Origin: Penicillus capitatus
Lineage: Eukaryota; Plantae; Chlorophyta
Length of the DNA stretch: 64,000 nt
Reading direction: 5' to 3'
NCBI GenBank assembly: GCA_965649825.1
Contig: OZ287696.1
Coordinates: 2,263,724-2,327,723, forward strand
Shown here piece after piece: positions 63,489-64,000 of the stretch. Position numbers and translations under genes: made by a program. The first letter of the stretch is position 1. Each line of letters begins with the position of its first letter. The notes beneath the pieces were generated by a model that saw nothing but the letters and a program-made list of their open reading frames with translations, had not been told where the DNA came from and ran no database searches.

Positions 63489-63588
63489 GCGAGGCAGAGG
63501 CGAAGCAGACGATGCGCTCGGACAGATGACGACGGCCAAAATGACTTACTCACTCGATTGTTCCACGACGTCGATCGACGCTGTTTTC

Positions 63589-64000
63589 ATGAAACGTGTG
63601 GCCCTTCGGCTTTCATCCGACGTGCAACGCCTAACCTCTGCGCGATCCCGAGACCTCGCCAAGCGGCGTCGACGGCCGCTCTCATGCCCCCGGTCTTCCC
63701 GAAGGACAGATCCCCCGAAGAGACGACTCTGCTCTCGGTGCGGCTCCGTGCCCGAGCTGGAGTTCGCCAGAGGGACTGCAGCGCGTGACGACTACGACGC
63801 CATCTGCGTTCTCGGAGGCGGCCACTCGGCCGACGGAACGCATCCGCCCTGGGTCTCGCGGCGACTCGAACTCGCCCGACGTCTCCTCGAGCGCCAGGCC
63901 GGTCCCGCCGTCCTCCTGTGCGTCGGTAAGCGAATCCCTTCGGACGTCTCCTTCGGAGGTATTTGTGCAGGGGGAGGAACACCACACAGGCCGCCGCTGT
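63589..64000 (+). CDS. DUF218 protein, 5' part of second copy (truncated by window end)
   Basis: About 4 substitutions in ~300 nt relative to 28790-29090; same intron. Confidence 0.75.
   Translation, partial: MKRVALRLSSDVQRLTSARSRDLAKRRRRPLSCPRSSRRTDPPKRRLCSRCGSVPELEFARGTAARDDYDAICVLGGGHSADGTHPPWVSRRLELARRLLERQAGPAVLLCVGKRIPSDVSFGGICAGGGTPHRPPL

Larger units (their letters stand above)
58126..64000 (+). repeat. Copy B of the direct-repeat block, continuing past the window end
   Basis: Colinear with 24155-29110; carries an unrelated ~1.3-kb segment (~60140-61440). Confidence 0.95.

Overview
Gene-dense nuclear DNA of a photosynthetic green eukaryote (fibrillin, TLP18.3, PRMT10, Mei2-like, plant-type NDUFC2); a chlorophyte with a compact genome is my inference. 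The standard genetic code is used. Conserved genes (1-24.1 kb, 39.9-57.0 kb) carry many ~41-60 nt introns and very short intergenic spacers, so the supplied ORFs are mostly exon fragments or antisense shadows. Two accessory regions interrupt this core. The first (~24.15-39.63 kb) holds degenerate orphan modules, a Cys-rich tail-anchored mini-protein gene, GC-rich intron-containing genes (DUF218, cysteine synthase, an organelle-targeted LAGLIDADG protein), a retroelement remnant, and a 4.5-kb imperfect palindrome with a head-to-head orphan gene pair. The second (~58.1 kb to window end) is a diverged direct copy of the first 5 kb of that island. Other highlights: relaxed splice signals (at least 8 GC-AG introns, one GA-AG, several GAG acceptors) and an intronic H/ACA snoRNA with an exact LSU rRNA guide match. 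Gene models were spliced by hand; no database searches were run.
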